Shown here: positions 1-9,825 of the stretch, one piece after another
How positions within the stretch are numbered: position 1 is the stretch's first letter
Layout of the letters: each line of letters starts with the position of its first letter
Origin: a bacterium
Lineage (GTDB): Bacteria; Electryoneota; Electryoneia; Electryoneales; Electryoneaceae
NCBI GenBank assembly: GCA_963675295.2
Contig: CAXXKJ010000002.1
Coordinates: 1,152,001-1,216,000 of the forward strand
DNA length: 64,000 nucleotides
Direction: 5' to 3'
Notes under the pieces: generated by a model
Seen by the model: only the letters and a program-made list of their open reading frames with translations
Databases searched by the model: none
What the model was told of the DNA's origin: nothing
Made by a program: the position numbers and the translations under genes

Positions 1-2
1 AG

Positions 3-2504
3 GTCGAGAAGATCATGGGCCGCAAGTTCGGTGATCCGGACAACCCGCTGCTGGTTTCGGTGCGTTCCGGCGCGCGCATGTCGATGCCGGGCATGATGGA
101 CACGGTGTTGAACGTCGGCCTCTGCGAAGCGACGCTGCCGGGTCTCGCGAAAATGATGGGCGACGAACGGTACGCGTGGGACTCCTACCGCCGTCTGATC
201 CAGATGTACGCGGACGTGGTGATGGAATTCGCCGCCGGCATCGAGCATGAGGATGAGTCGGATCACATCCACAACCGTCTCGAGAAAGAACTGGAAACGC
301 TGAAGGACGAAGTCGGCGCGAAAGAAGACCAGGATCTGACGACGGAAAACCTGCAGGAATTGGTCAAGCGCTACAAGGCGACGGTGAAGGACGTGCTCGG
401 CAGCGAGTTCCCGGACGACCCAATGGCTCAGCTGTGGGGCGGCATCCGTGCCGTGTTCCAGTCCTGGAACGGCAAGCGCGCGATCGCCTACCGCAAGTAC
501 GAAAACATCCCGCACGATTGGGGCACCGCGGTCAACGTGCAGACGATGGTCTTCGGCAACATGGGCGAAGGCTGCGCGACCGGCGTCGCGTTCACCCGTG
601 ACCCGGCCACCGGCAACAACGTGTTCTACGGCGAGTGGCTGCCGAACGCGCAGGGCGAAGATGTGGTCGCCGGTATCCGCACCCCGCGTGCGATCAACCA
701 GCCGTCCATCTCGAAGGGTCAGAACGACAACATGCCGACCCTCGAGCAGGACATGCCGGAAGCCTACAAGCAGTTGCACGACATCCGCGACAACCTTGAG
801 GCGCACTACAAGGACATGCAGGATGTCGAGTTCACGATTGAGAATAAGAAGCTGTGGATGCTGCAGACGCGTACCGGTAAGCGCAATGGCCGCGCCGCGA
901 CGATCATGGCTGTTGACATGGCCAATGAGGGCCTGATCAGCAAGGAAACGGCGATTCTGCGCGTCAAGCCGGAACAGTTGGACGAGCTGCTGCACCCGAT
1001 GATCGACCCGAAGGCGGAGAAGGAAGGGACCAAGATCACGACTGGTCTTCCGGCCGGCCCCGGCGGCGCGGTTGGCAAGATCATCCTCAATTCGGATCGT
1101 GCGAAGGACCTGGCGGCGAAGTCGAGTGATCCGCTGATTCTCGTGCGTGTCGAAACCAGCCCGGAAGATGTGGACGGCATGCGTGCCGCCAAGGGCATCC
1201 TGACCAGTCGTGGCGGCATGACCTCGCACGCCGCGTTGGTCGCCCGTGGCTGGGGCAAGTGCTGCATCGTCGGCGCCGGCGATCTCAAGATCGACTACGC
1301 GGCGAAGACGGTCACCACGGCCGACGGTACCGTGTTCAAGGAAGGCGACTGGTTGAGCCTGAACGGGACGACCGGTAAGGTCTACGCTGGCCAGCTGCCG
1401 GTGGTGGACGCCGATCCGGACAGCGTGCCGGAATACACGCAGTTGATGGAGTGGTCGGACGAATTCCGCCGTCTCGGTGTCCGCACCAACGCCGACACCC
1501 CGAAGGACGCGGAAATCGCCCGCAAGTTCGGCGCGAAGGGCATCGGCCTCACCCGTACAGAGCACATGTTCTTCGGCGGTGAGCGCATCAAGGCCGTCCG
1601 CGGCATGATCCTCTCCGACAGCCCGGAGCAGCGCCGTGAATTCATCATGAAGCTGCTGCCGTTCCAGCGCGACGACTTCTACGGCATCCTCAAGGCGATG
1701 AGTCCGTATCCGGTCAATATCCGTCTGCTCGACCCGCCGCTGCACGAGTTCCTTCCGTCCCACGAGGAGAAGGACTTGATCAAGCAGGTCGCAGCTGACA
1801 TGAACATCGATGAGGACACGCTCCTGAAGCGGATTAACGGCCTGCACGAGTTCAACCCGATGCTCGGTCACCGTGGTTGCCGCCTCGGCATCAGCATCCC
1901 GGAACTGACCGAGATGCAGTCACGCGCGATCCTGGAAGCGACGGCTCAGTTGGTCAAGGAAGGCGTCGAAGTGCATCCGGAGATCATGGTTCCGCTGGTC
2001 GGGAACGTGAAGGAGCTGGAAAACCAGCGTGAGATCGTGCTGCGTGTCGCGGAAGACGTGAAGAAAGAAACTGGCATCGACAACCTGCCGTTCAAGGTCG
2101 GTACGATGATCGAGGTTCCGCGCGCGGCGGTGACGGCTGGTGAGATCGCGAAGATCGCCCAGTTCTTCAGCTTCGGCACCAACGACCTGACGCAGATGGG
2201 TTGCGGCTTCAGCCGTGACGACGCGGGTACGTTCCTGCCGGAATATGTCGAACGCGGTATTTACGACGACGATCCGTTCCAGAGCCTCGACCAGAGTGGT
2301 GTTGGCGAATTGGTGCGTATCGCGGTGGAACAGGGCCGTGCGGCGAACCCGGACCTGCACCTCGGCATCTGCGGTGAGCACGGTGGCGATCCGAAGTCGG
2401 TGGAGTTCTTCCATCGCGTCGGCCTCGACTACGTGTCCTGCTCGCCGTTCCGTGTGCCGATCGCCCGTTTCGCAGCGGCACAGGCAGTGATCAAGGAGAA
2501 GTAA
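3..2504 (+). CDS. ppdK: Pyruvate, phosphate dikinase (5'-partial; starts upstream of the window)
   Basis: PLLVSVRSGA..SMPGMMDT, phospho-His motif GGMTSHAA, GTMIEVPRA, FSFGTNDLTQ, GICGEHGGDP; frame is open to the window edge. Confidence 0.98.
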   Translation, partial: VEKIMGRKFGDPDNPLLVSVRSGARMSMPGMMDTVLNVGLCEATLPGLAKMMGDERYAWDSYRRLIQMYADVVMEFAAGIEHEDESDHIHNRLEKELETLKDEVGAKEDQDLTTENLQELVKRYKATVKDVLGSEFPDDPMAQLWGGIRAVFQSWNGKRAIAYRKYENIPHDWGTAVNVQTMVFGNMGEGCATGVAFTRDPATGNNVFYGEWLPNAQGEDVVAGIRTPRAINQPSISKGQNDNMPTLEQDMPEAYKQLHDIRDNLEAHYKDMQDVEFTIENKKLWMLQTRTGKRNGRAATIMAVDMANEGLISKETAILRVKPEQLDELLHPMIDPKAEKEGTKITTGLPAGPGGAVGKIILNSDRAKDLAAKSSDPLILVRVETSPEDVDGMRAAKGILTSRGGMTSHAALVARGWGKCCIVGAGDLKIDYAAKTVTTADGTVFKEGDWLSLNGTTGKVYAGQLPVVDADPDSVPEYTQLMEWSDEFRRLGVRTNADTPKDAEIARKFGAKGIGLTRTEHMFFGGERIKAVRGMILSDSPEQRREFIMKLLPFQRDDFYGILKAMSPYPVNIRLLDPPLHEFLPSHEEKDLIKQVAADMNIDEDTLLKRINGLHEFNPMLGHRGCRLGISIPELTEMQSRAILEATAQLVKEGVEVHPEIMVPLVGNVKELENQREIVLRVAEDVKKETGIDNLPFKVGTMIEVPRAAVTAGEIAKIAQFFSFGTNDLTQMGCGFSRDDAGTFLPEYVERGIYDDDPFQSLDQSGVGELVRIAVEQGRAANPDLHLGICGEHGGDPKSVEFFHRVGLDYVSCSPFRVPIARFAAAQAVIKEK

Positions 2505-2537
2505 GCTCCGTGATCATGCAGAACTGATATGAGTAGC

Positions 2538-2572
2538 AAGGGGACGTCTGCACGCAGGCGTCCCCTTCTTAT
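2538..2572 (+). terminator. Intrinsic terminator hairpin after ppdK, possibly bidirectional
   Basis: AAGGGGACGTCTGC-ac-GCAGGCGTCCCCTT followed by CTTAT, between convergent genes. Confidence 0.7.
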
Positions 2573-2590
2573 CTCGATCAATGAAACCCG

Positions 2591-3154
2591 TCAGCCCTGC
2601 TTGCTCAACGTCTCCTTCAAGATCTGCGCGAACGCCTGGTACAGCATCGCTACCTGGGCCGGATCTGGTTCCGGTTCGAGGTGCTGGAATCCGATCCATG
2701 CCGCATAGACAACAGGCGCGAGCAGTTCGGCCTGAACCGGATCGACGCCGACATCCCGCCGCATCAACTCGCTGACGTAATCCGTCCGTCGAGTGTCCAC
2801 CTCGGCAACGAAATGCCGCAACGCCGGACGCCGCGCGATCAAACGGCGAACGTTCCGTTCAATACCGTAGTCCAACGCAAACGCCAGCGAGTTCAGACGG
2901 TATGGCTTCCCATCCGGATCAGAGGTTTGGGATTCCACCGCCTCGATCAGGTGCTCTGTGTGCAGCACACGCCAGCGTTCCAGAATCCCCGCCAACAGCG
3001 CTTCCATGTCCTCGAAGTGATGATACAGCGATCCACGAGTTCGGCCTGCCGCGGTGCAGACCGCATCCACCGTCAACGCTTCCGGCCCCTGCTCGCCGAG
3101 GAGCTTCAGGCCGAGGTCGGTCCAGTCGTCACGGGTCATTCGTGCGCTGCTCAT
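2591..3154 (-). CDS. TetR/AcrR family transcriptional regulator
   Basis: N-terminal HTH GPEALTVDAVCTAAGRTRGSLYHHF; ATG at 3154 overlaps the upstream stop (ATGA). Confidence 0.92.
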   Translation of the reverse strand: MSSARMTRDDWTDLGLKLLGEQGPEALTVDAVCTAAGRTRGSLYHHFEDMEALLAGILERWRVLHTEHLIEAVESQTSDPDGKPYRLNSLAFALDYGIERNVRRLIARRPALRHFVAEVDTRRTDYVSELMRRDVGVDPVQAELLAPVVYAAWIGFQHLEPEPDPAQVAMLYQAFAQILKETLSKQG

Positions 3155-3519
3155 CGCAGTAGCCCGATGATGGCTGCCACATTGACGACGAGGAACAGGA
3201 ACCACTGCGGCAGTTGATACGGCTTCAGCCGCGTGTACACGAGCAAGCCCAGGTTCAGCAGCATGAAACAAACCGACAGGGCGGTGAGCAGGATCGCGAC
3301 ATCGTATCCGTCGGGATTGAACGCGGCATACGCGTACCCGGCAGCCATGGCGAATAGCAGAATGGTCACCATGTGCCATGTGAAGTCGTTGGTGTACTTC
3401 GGCACGGGCTGGAGTTTCGATCTCAGCAGGGGTTTGGCGATTTTCGCTCCGCCGAGGAAGGTGTGGATCGTCCAGACGATGAGCGACAGAATCGCGGCAA
3501 CGAGAAAGGCTGTGTTCAT
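3151..3519 (-). CDS. Small four-helix membrane protein (DUF6463-like)
   Basis: Four hydrophobic segments, HTFLGG and WHMVT motifs; translationally coupled to the TetR gene. Confidence 0.75.
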   Translation of the reverse strand: MNTAFLVAAILSLIVWTIHTFLGGAKIAKPLLRSKLQPVPKYTNDFTWHMVTILLFAMAAGYAYAAFNPDGYDVAILLTALSVCFMLLNLGLLVYTRLKPYQLPQWFLFLVVNVAAIIGLLR

Positions 3520-3539
3520 GAGTGGCTCAGGTGTTTGAG

Positions 3540-3566
3540 TTCCATACCATAAAGTATGGTATGGAA
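3540..3566. promoter_or_regulatory. Probable TetR operator
   Basis: Perfect 12-bp inverted repeat TTCCATACCATA-aag-TATGGTATGGAA, about 20 bp upstream of the operon start. Confidence 0.75.
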
Positions 3567-3724
3567 GCGATTCGTGCAAACCCAAGTTTTGCGGTTGGAG
3601 TGGTCAGCGGGAAGCCGGGGGTGGGGGCAGAGAACGCGAGGTTAGAGAGGGCGGGGGTAGTATAGATCGCAGGTAGGTTACAGCGTTGGGAGTGTCTATT
3701 TAACGCACGAAAGCGGCCAAGCAC

Positions 3725-3843
3725 GTCATTCCGAACGAAACGAAGTGAAGTGAGGAAGGTCCAGCTGCACACAGGACAAACGAGGTCCGACCCCGTGAAG
3801 TGGGACCTGCTTCTGCCACACACGGACGTGGCTTCAGCATGAC
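3725..3843. repeat. Degenerate GTCATTCCGA...ATGAC REP-like element
   Basis: Begins GTCATTCCGAACGAAACGAAGTGAAGTGAGGAA and ends GCTTCAGCATGAC; ends are complementary, with an internal hairpin. Confidence 0.45.
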
Positions 3844-3856
3844 GTACAAGCAGCTT

Positions 3857-3894
3857 TCCGCAGTCCGCAGTCCGCAGTCCGCTGTCCGCAGTCC
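3857..3894. repeat. Heptamer tandem repeat (TCCGCAG)x5
   Basis: tccgcag tccgcag tccgcag tccgctg tccgcag tcc. Confidence 0.9.
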
Positions 3895-4021
3895 CTGGTG
3901 CCCGTGATTGACCGCCGGTCAGTTTCGGCGGCTTTCGCGGGTCATCCGCCACGTGCCCACTTTACACAGGACAGGGCAACACGTCCGCGTTTGCAAGCAA
4001 ACACGGGCACGAACGATCTAG

Positions 4022-4070
4022 TCTCAAATCTCAAGTCGTAAGTTTCAGGACTCAGGACTCAGGACTCAAG
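4022..4070. repeat. Degenerate heptamer tandem array x7
   Basis: tctcaaa tctcaag tcgtaag tttcagg actcagg actcagg actcaag; overlaps the aldehyde dehydrogenase stop. Confidence 0.85.
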
Positions 4071-5496
4071 ACTGCGTCTTCACCACCACCATCTTGATGT
4101 TGGTCATCTCGTCCACGGCGAAACGCACCCCTTCGCGTCCGATGCCGGAGTCGCGGTTGCCGCCGTACGGCATCTGATCAACACGGAAGGTCGGGACTTC
4201 GTTAACCATCACGCCGCCGAAGTTGAGGCCACGGATGGCGTCGAACATCTGGTCGATACGTGCGGTGAAGACCCCAGCCTGCAGGCCGAACGTGGTATCG
4301 TCGGCGAGTTTCAGGCCTTCCTCGAAGCTGGATACGCGTTCGATCAGTACCACCGGCCCGAACACTTCGTCCGACCACACTTTCATGTTGGGTGATGTAT
4401 TGGTAAGTACCGTCGGCGCGTACGAGCGTTCACTAAGGCGTTCTCCGCCCGCGAGAACCGTCGCGCCGTTGGCGACGGCTTCCTTGACCCACAGATCGAT
4501 GCGTTCGCAATCGCCAATCGAGATCAGCGAGCTGACGTCGGCCTCTTTGTTCAACGGGTGATCCACAACCAGGTTCTTGGTCTTCTGGCAGAACGCGTGG
4601 GTGAAGTCGTCCGCGACGGCTTCGTGCACGTAGATCCGTTGCACCGAGATGCACACCTGTCCGGTGTGGGAAAAGGCGCCCATCACGCACTGATCGACTG
4701 CGTGCTCGAGGTCGGCGGATTCGTCGATGACGACCGGCGAGGTGTTACCGAGTTCGAGGGTGACGCGTTTCAGTCCGCTGTTCTGCTTGATGGTCTTGCC
4801 GACTTCGACCGATCCGGTGAAGGTCAGTTTGGCGATACGCGGGTCTTTGACCAGTCCCATGCCGATGGTGCGGCCGCTGCCGTGGATGACGTTGAACGCG
4901 CCGTCCGGCCATGCAGTCTGCTCAATGATTTCGGCCAGTTTCAGCGCGGTGACGGGCGTCGTGCCAGCAGGCTTGAGCACGATCGGGCAGCCGGCAGCGA
5001 TGGCGGGCGCGACTTTATGCGCGACGAGGTTGAGCGGGAAGTTGAATGGTGTGATCGCACCGACGACGCCGACCGGTTCACGCAGCCACATGCCGAAGTA
5101 GCCGCCGCCGCGAGACGATGCGTCCATTGGCACGGTTTCGCCGTGCAGCGTGCGTGCGACTCCGGCGGCGAAGGTGAAGGTTTCGTGCGCGCGGGCGGCT
5201 TCGCTGAGGGCGTACTTCCACGTTTTCCCACCTTCGACGGCGATGGTTTCGGCGATTTCCTCGGCGCGAGCGTTCAACGTGTATGCGATTTCATCGAGGA
5301 TTTCGGCTCTCTGGTGCGCACTCAGGGCGCGAGTTTTCGCGAAACTTTTCTCTGCCGCCGCGCATGCCATATCCAGTTCACGCTCGCCAGCGAGCGCGAC
5401 CTCGGCGTACGGTTCCCCATTGTATTTGTCTTCGACCGTATCCCAGCTGCCGGTTTCAATCCAGTCACCGTCGATGTAGAGCTTGAACCGCTGCAT
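4066..5496 (-). CDS. NAD(P)-dependent aldehyde dehydrogenase
   Basis: ITPFNFP, FTGS, LELG, catalytic GQVC, EVFGP, PYGGNRDSGIGREG; true start MQRFKLYIDG at 5496. Confidence 0.96.
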   Translation of the reverse strand: MQRFKLYIDGDWIETGSWDTVEDKYNGEPYAEVALAGERELDMACAAAEKSFAKTRALSAHQRAEILDEIAYTLNARAEEIAETIAVEGGKTWKYALSEAARAHETFTFAAGVARTLHGETVPMDASSRGGGYFGMWLREPVGVVGAITPFNFPLNLVAHKVAPAIAAGCPIVLKPAGTTPVTALKLAEIIEQTAWPDGAFNVIHGSGRTIGMGLVKDPRIAKLTFTGSVEVGKTIKQNSGLKRVTLELGNTSPVVIDESADLEHAVDQCVMGAFSHTGQVCISVQRIYVHEAVADDFTHAFCQKTKNLVVDHPLNKEADVSSLISIGDCERIDLWVKEAVANGATVLAGGERLSERSYAPTVLTNTSPNMKVWSDEVFGPVVLIERVSSFEEGLKLADDTTFGLQAGVFTARIDQMFDAIRGLNFGGVMVNEVPTFRVDQMPYGGNRDSGIGREGVRFAVDEMTNIKMVVVKTQS

Positions 5497-5706
5497 TGTC
5501 GTCTCCGGATTCGCGTTGTCGTTGTTGAGCAAATAGGCATATTCGCGTCGACTTCTCAAGCGTCCTGCCGGACCGGGAGCGGTGTGTTGAGCCGGAAGGA
5601 CGCGTCTCCAGCGCTGTCTCGCGCGGGCAAGGAATGTGGTATTCACGGCACGCCCGTGTTGTAGTTTTGACGGCAGTATTTCGCCCATTGGAAGGTTTGC
5701 ACCCGC

Positions 5707-8700
5707 ATGCGTGTCGCTGCGAAACGAATCATCACCGGAATCACCATCCTGCTCCTGCTGCCGGTTGTGCTGGTGGTGGGCGCGCTGTTTTATCTCACCC
5801 TCCCGCCGGGTGAGGATTTTATCCGTGAGGAAGCGCAGACACGCCTCGCCGACCTGACCGGTCTCGACATTCAAATCGGGGATCTTGAGACCAACCTGTT
5901 TTCGTCTACGACGCTGTTCGACGTGCATGTCCGTCACCGTGAAATCGCGCCGGATCAGGACCTCGTCGCGTTCAGCCGGCTGAACGTGCAGTATGACCTG
6001 TTGCCGTTGATGAACAAGTGGATCCGAGTCGATTCGCTGGCGGTGGACAGCCTCGCGGCGCACCTGCTGAAGACACCGGACGGCCGTCTCAACCTGCCGG
6101 AGTTCCCCGCCGATACCACCGCGCCGGACACAGCGTCCGCGCCGTTTGTGTATGAAATCTCGCTGGGCGGAGCGCGTGTGCACCTGGCGGAGGCGACGTA
6201 CCGCGACGAAGAGTTGCCGCTCGACGCACGGTTGGACAGCCTCGTGCTGCACGCGCGCGGCTACCTTGGCGGACGCTACGACTACGAGCTGCTCTGGGAC
6301 CAGGTAAAAGTCGACACCGATGGCCGCGAGTTGCTGGTGCAGGACTTCCTGATGAACGGGCGGTTGGTCGATGAACAATTGCAGGTCGATTCGTTGAAGC
6401 TGGTTGTGCCGGGCGCGGAGTTGGCGGGTGAGGGCTCCGCCGAGATCGTGGCGGGCGAAGATTCGACGCAAACCATCGAGGCGGGTGTGCGGCTGAATGC
6501 CGACCTCGCATCACTGAGCCGGCAGTTCGACGATCTGCTCCCGGACGCAGTCAAGCCGCTGCACGGAGCTTTGCTCGTAGACGCGACGGTGGATGGTTCC
6601 GCCAGCGATCCGGTGTTTGTGCTGAATCTGCGCGGGCATCGTATCCGTGCCGGTGACTACCGGGTGAACGATCTCAAGCTCGGTGCACGGGGTTCGTTGA
6701 ATGAAGTGACGCTGGACGAGCTGCATGTGGAGACCTTCGGCGGCGACATCGACGCCACCGGTGCAATCACGCTCGACAGCCTGATGCAGCACAACCTGAC
6801 CCTGCGCCTGAGCGGAGTTGACATGGCGCAGCTGCAACGGACCTTCATGCCACCGCAGGCTGCGATGCCGGCCGATTCTCTGGCCGCGCTGCAACGGATC
6901 GAAGGCACCATCGGCGGAAAATTGACCTCCTCCGGGCCGTTGAGCCAGCCATGGTCATTACAGGCGGATGCGTCGATTGCGGCGAACGTGCAGGAACCGC
7001 GCGGACTGGTCGCCGAATACGCATTGGACGCGAAGTACGCGGACCATCGTGGATCGGTGACCTTCCGGCGGGGTGATACGGTGATCAACGCCGACGCCAC
7101 CATTGACACGAACGCCGTGGACGGCAGCTTCGAGATGGATGTGCCGCGTCTGGTTGAGCTGGCCGGGCCACTGGGTGTCGAGGGGCTGACGGGATCTTTG
7201 TCCGGCAACGGCCGGTTCCGTGGCAGCCTGAACAACCCCCAGATCACCGCGACAGTCAAGAGTTCCGGGATCATCTACCAGCACTTCCCGGTGGACAGCC
7301 TGCTGGCCGATGTCAGCTTCGACACGAGCGGACTGGTCATCAACGAATCCCATCTCTCCGGCGAAATTGCGCCGATCGACTCGAGCGCGGCACCGTTCGG
7401 GCTCAGCGACCTGCGCGGCAGCTTCCGGTACGAGGGCGCGGTCACCGGCAAGGTGCCGGATCTGCGTGGCTCGATAGACGTGCACGGCACAGCGCTCGGG
7501 TATGGCGATGTGGTCACCGATTCGCTCGAGGCCAGGGTTCGGATGCGCAACCAGCACGTCGAGCTGACCAAACTGCAGGTGTTCCGCGACGATCGCTGGA
7601 TCACGTTGCAGGGCAACTACGACCTCGAGAACTCCGACGGTGAGCTGGCGCTGTGGTTCAGCAGCGAACGCCGGGACCGCGAGGACGACGAGGACGATGA
7701 GGACGATGAGGAACGGGACACACCGTCTCGCCTGCAACGCTCGGGTCAGCTTGGTGATGGACGGCTGCGGTTGAACTTCGCTCTGCACGACAGCCAGCAA
7801 TTCAGGGTTGAGGGGACGGGTGGCCGGATCAACCTCGCAGACCTGCCGCGGGTTCATCCGGGGATGTCCGGCATCAGCGGCATGCTGGCGGCGGAACTGA
7901 TGTTTGAAGGCTCCGCAACGGACCCACATGGTATGGTTGAATTGACCCTCGACTCGCTGCGGGCGGCGGATTTCACGGTGGATACGTTGCAGGCGTCGGT
8001 CGATCTGGACACCGCCCGTGTCCAAACGGACCTACGCTTGATCATTCAGCAGTCGTCGCCGTTGACGGCTTCCGTCACGTTGCCGTTGGATCGCACGGCG
8101 ACCGGGTTGGCGGTGTCGGAAACCCGCAAGCTGAGCGCGGAGGTGGTGGGTGACGACGTTGACATCGCATTCCTCAACCAGGTGATGCCCGAGGGGATCA
8201 GTGTCGGCGGGCTGCTCAGCATTTCCTACCACGCCTCCGGATCTCTGACGAAACCGTTAATCCTCGGTGAAGTCAGTTTGGACAGCGCGCGTGTCGACCT
8301 TGGTGAGGGGAAACCCTCCATTGACGGCATCGTGGTCCGGGTGACGCAATACGACACCGTGTTGAGCATCGAGAAGATCAACGCCACCGCTCTGGACCAT
8401 TTCTTCCAGGTCGACGGCGAGGCGACACTGCGTGAGATGCGGGAAGTTTCCGCGCACACGGCATTGAAGGTGGACAACCAGGTTGCTCTGCGTCTGGAAG
8501 CCAAGTACACGCCCGAAGGGTATCACGCCGAGCTGGATCTGCCAAGCCTGCCGTTAAATATGGCTCAGCAGTTGAGCCCTGATATTACGGATTTCCAGGG
8601 CGTGTTGTCCGGTCACGCAACGATAGAGGGTGACACCAGTCTGCCGCGGGTCAAGGGTGAACTGAAGGGGCGGGGCATCCGTCTCGCGATGAGGCAGATG

Positions 8701-9825
8701 AACGACGTGTTGTATCACGGCAATTTTGCGTTGTCACTGGACAATGAAAGCGTGGTCATAGACACGTTACATGCGCGTTACGGCGATGACGGCAAGTTGA
8801 TTGTGGATGGCCGGATCGATCTGAAGGAAGATCACCCGTATTTCGCGCTGCGTGTGCGTGGTACAAACATCCACTACGAACAGGAAGATCTCGAGGTATC
8901 GCTGGACGGCATGACGCTGAACTTCAAGACCAACGAGCAGAATCGTCACGTGCTCAGCGGCGACATCCGTCTGGGAGAAACTCGCTACACCCGCGACTAT
9001 CGCATCGACACGATCATGCGTTCAATGGACGCGCAGCCGGTGCGTCAGATCCAGAAACCAAACGAAATTGCAGAGAATATCGACCTGGACGTGCGCCTCC
9101 GTGAAGCGGACAACCTGTGGGTCGACAACAACCTTGCCAAGATCCGGATGGACGCCAACATCGGTGTGATCGGCACGATCAACGACCCGATCATCACCGG
9201 GCGCGTCTCGCTGGATGAGGGGTATGTCATGTACCTCGACCGCAAGTTCAGCATCCAGGAAGGCGTGATTGATTTCGTTGACACGCGCGACATCAACCCG
9301 CACCTCAACATCATCGCGACCAGCAAGGTGATCGATTACGAGGAAGGTGAGCAGTACGAATACAACATCACGTTGATGATTACCGGCAATGCGAAGAGTG
9401 CAAAGATCGAGCTGACGTCCGATCCATACCTCGAACAGTCCAACATCCTTTCATTGCTGACATTCGGCACGCCGCATGCCGGCGAAACCGGTATCGGCAG
9501 TCAGGCGGGATCGTTGGCGGGAAGGGCGGTGTCCAGCTACGTCGGGTCGCGTGTCGGCAGCGCGATCGGGCTGGAGCAGGTGAGTGTGCAGGGGAACCTG
9601 TTCGCGCCGGAAGAGAGCGGTGCAACACTGCTCGCGACCAAGGAAATCTCGAACCGCGCAGAGATTACGTACATCACCAATGTGGACGGTTTTAACGAAA
9701 ACTCCATCCGCATCAGCTATTTCCTCACGAAGAACTGGACGATCACTGGCGAGACGAATCAGGAAGGTGAGGGTAGTGTCGATTTGAAGTTGAAGGTCCG
9801 TTGGAACGAGATCCGCTGGAAATGA
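5707..9825 (+). CDS. tamB: Translocation/assembly module TamB (AsmA-like) protein
   Basis: N-terminal TM anchor, long beta-rich body, DUF490-like C-terminus (ELTSDPYLEQSNILSLLTFG); coupled to an Omp85 gene. Confidence 0.85.
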   Translation: MRVAAKRIITGITILLLLPVVLVVGALFYLTLPPGEDFIREEAQTRLADLTGLDIQIGDLETNLFSSTTLFDVHVRHREIAPDQDLVAFSRLNVQYDLLPLMNKWIRVDSLAVDSLAAHLLKTPDGRLNLPEFPADTTAPDTASAPFVYEISLGGARVHLAEATYRDEELPLDARLDSLVLHARGYLGGRYDYELLWDQVKVDTDGRELLVQDFLMNGRLVDEQLQVDSLKLVVPGAELAGEGSAEIVAGEDSTQTIEAGVRLNADLASLSRQFDDLLPDAVKPLHGALLVDATVDGSASDPVFVLNLRGHRIRAGDYRVNDLKLGARGSLNEVTLDELHVETFGGDIDATGAITLDSLMQHNLTLRLSGVDMAQLQRTFMPPQAAMPADSLAALQRIEGTIGGKLTSSGPLSQPWSLQADASIAANVQEPRGLVAEYALDAKYADHRGSVTFRRGDTVINADATIDTNAVDGSFEMDVPRLVELAGPLGVEGLTGSLSGNGRFRGSLNNPQITATVKSSGIIYQHFPVDSLLADVSFDTSGLVINESHLSGEIAPIDSSAAPFGLSDLRGSFRYEGAVTGKVPDLRGSIDVHGTALGYGDVVTDSLEARVRMRNQHVELTKLQVFRDDRWITLQGNYDLENSDGELALWFSSERRDREDDEDDEDDEERDTPSRLQRSGQLGDGRLRLNFALHDSQQFRVEGTGGRINLADLPRVHPGMSGISGMLAAELMFEGSATDPHGMVELTLDSLRAADFTVDTLQASVDLDTARVQTDLRLIIQQSSPLTASVTLPLDRTATGLAVSETRKLSAEVVGDDVDIAFLNQVMPEGISVGGLLSISYHASGSLTKPLILGEVSLDSARVDLGEGKPSIDGIVVRVTQYDTVLSIEKINATALDHFFQVDGEATLREMREVSAHTALKVDNQVALRLEAKYTPEGYHAELDLPSLPLNMAQQLSPDITDFQGVLSGHATIEGDTSLPRVKGELKGRGIRLAMRQMNDVLYHGNFALSLDNESVVIDTLHARYGDDGKLIVDGRIDLKEDHPYFALRVRGTNIHYEQEDLEVSLDGMTLNFKTNEQNRHVLSGDIRLGETRYTRDYRIDTIMRSMDAQPVRQIQKPNEIAENIDLDVRLREADNLWVDNNLAKIRMDANIGVIGTINDPIITGRVSLDEGYVMYLDRKFSIQEGVIDFVDTRDINPHLNIIATSKVIDYEEGEQYEYNITLMITGNAKSAKIELTSDPYLEQSNILSLLTFGTPHAGETGIGSQAGSLAGRAVSSYVGSRVGSAIGLEQVSVQGNLFAPEESGATLLATKEISNRAEITYITNVDGFNENSIRISYFLTKNWTITGETNQEGEGSVDLKLKVRWNEIRWK

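Noticed and set aside
5497-6471. 801-aa version of the aldehyde dehydrogenase ORF suggesting an N-terminal fusion
   Set aside because: The extension is antisense to tamB and has no domain character; ALDH homology starts at MQRFKLYIDG (5496)
7681-7712. GAGGACGAY 9-bp repeat inside tamB
   Set aside because: In-frame low-complexity acidic loop (EDDEDDEDDEE); not a frameshifting switch
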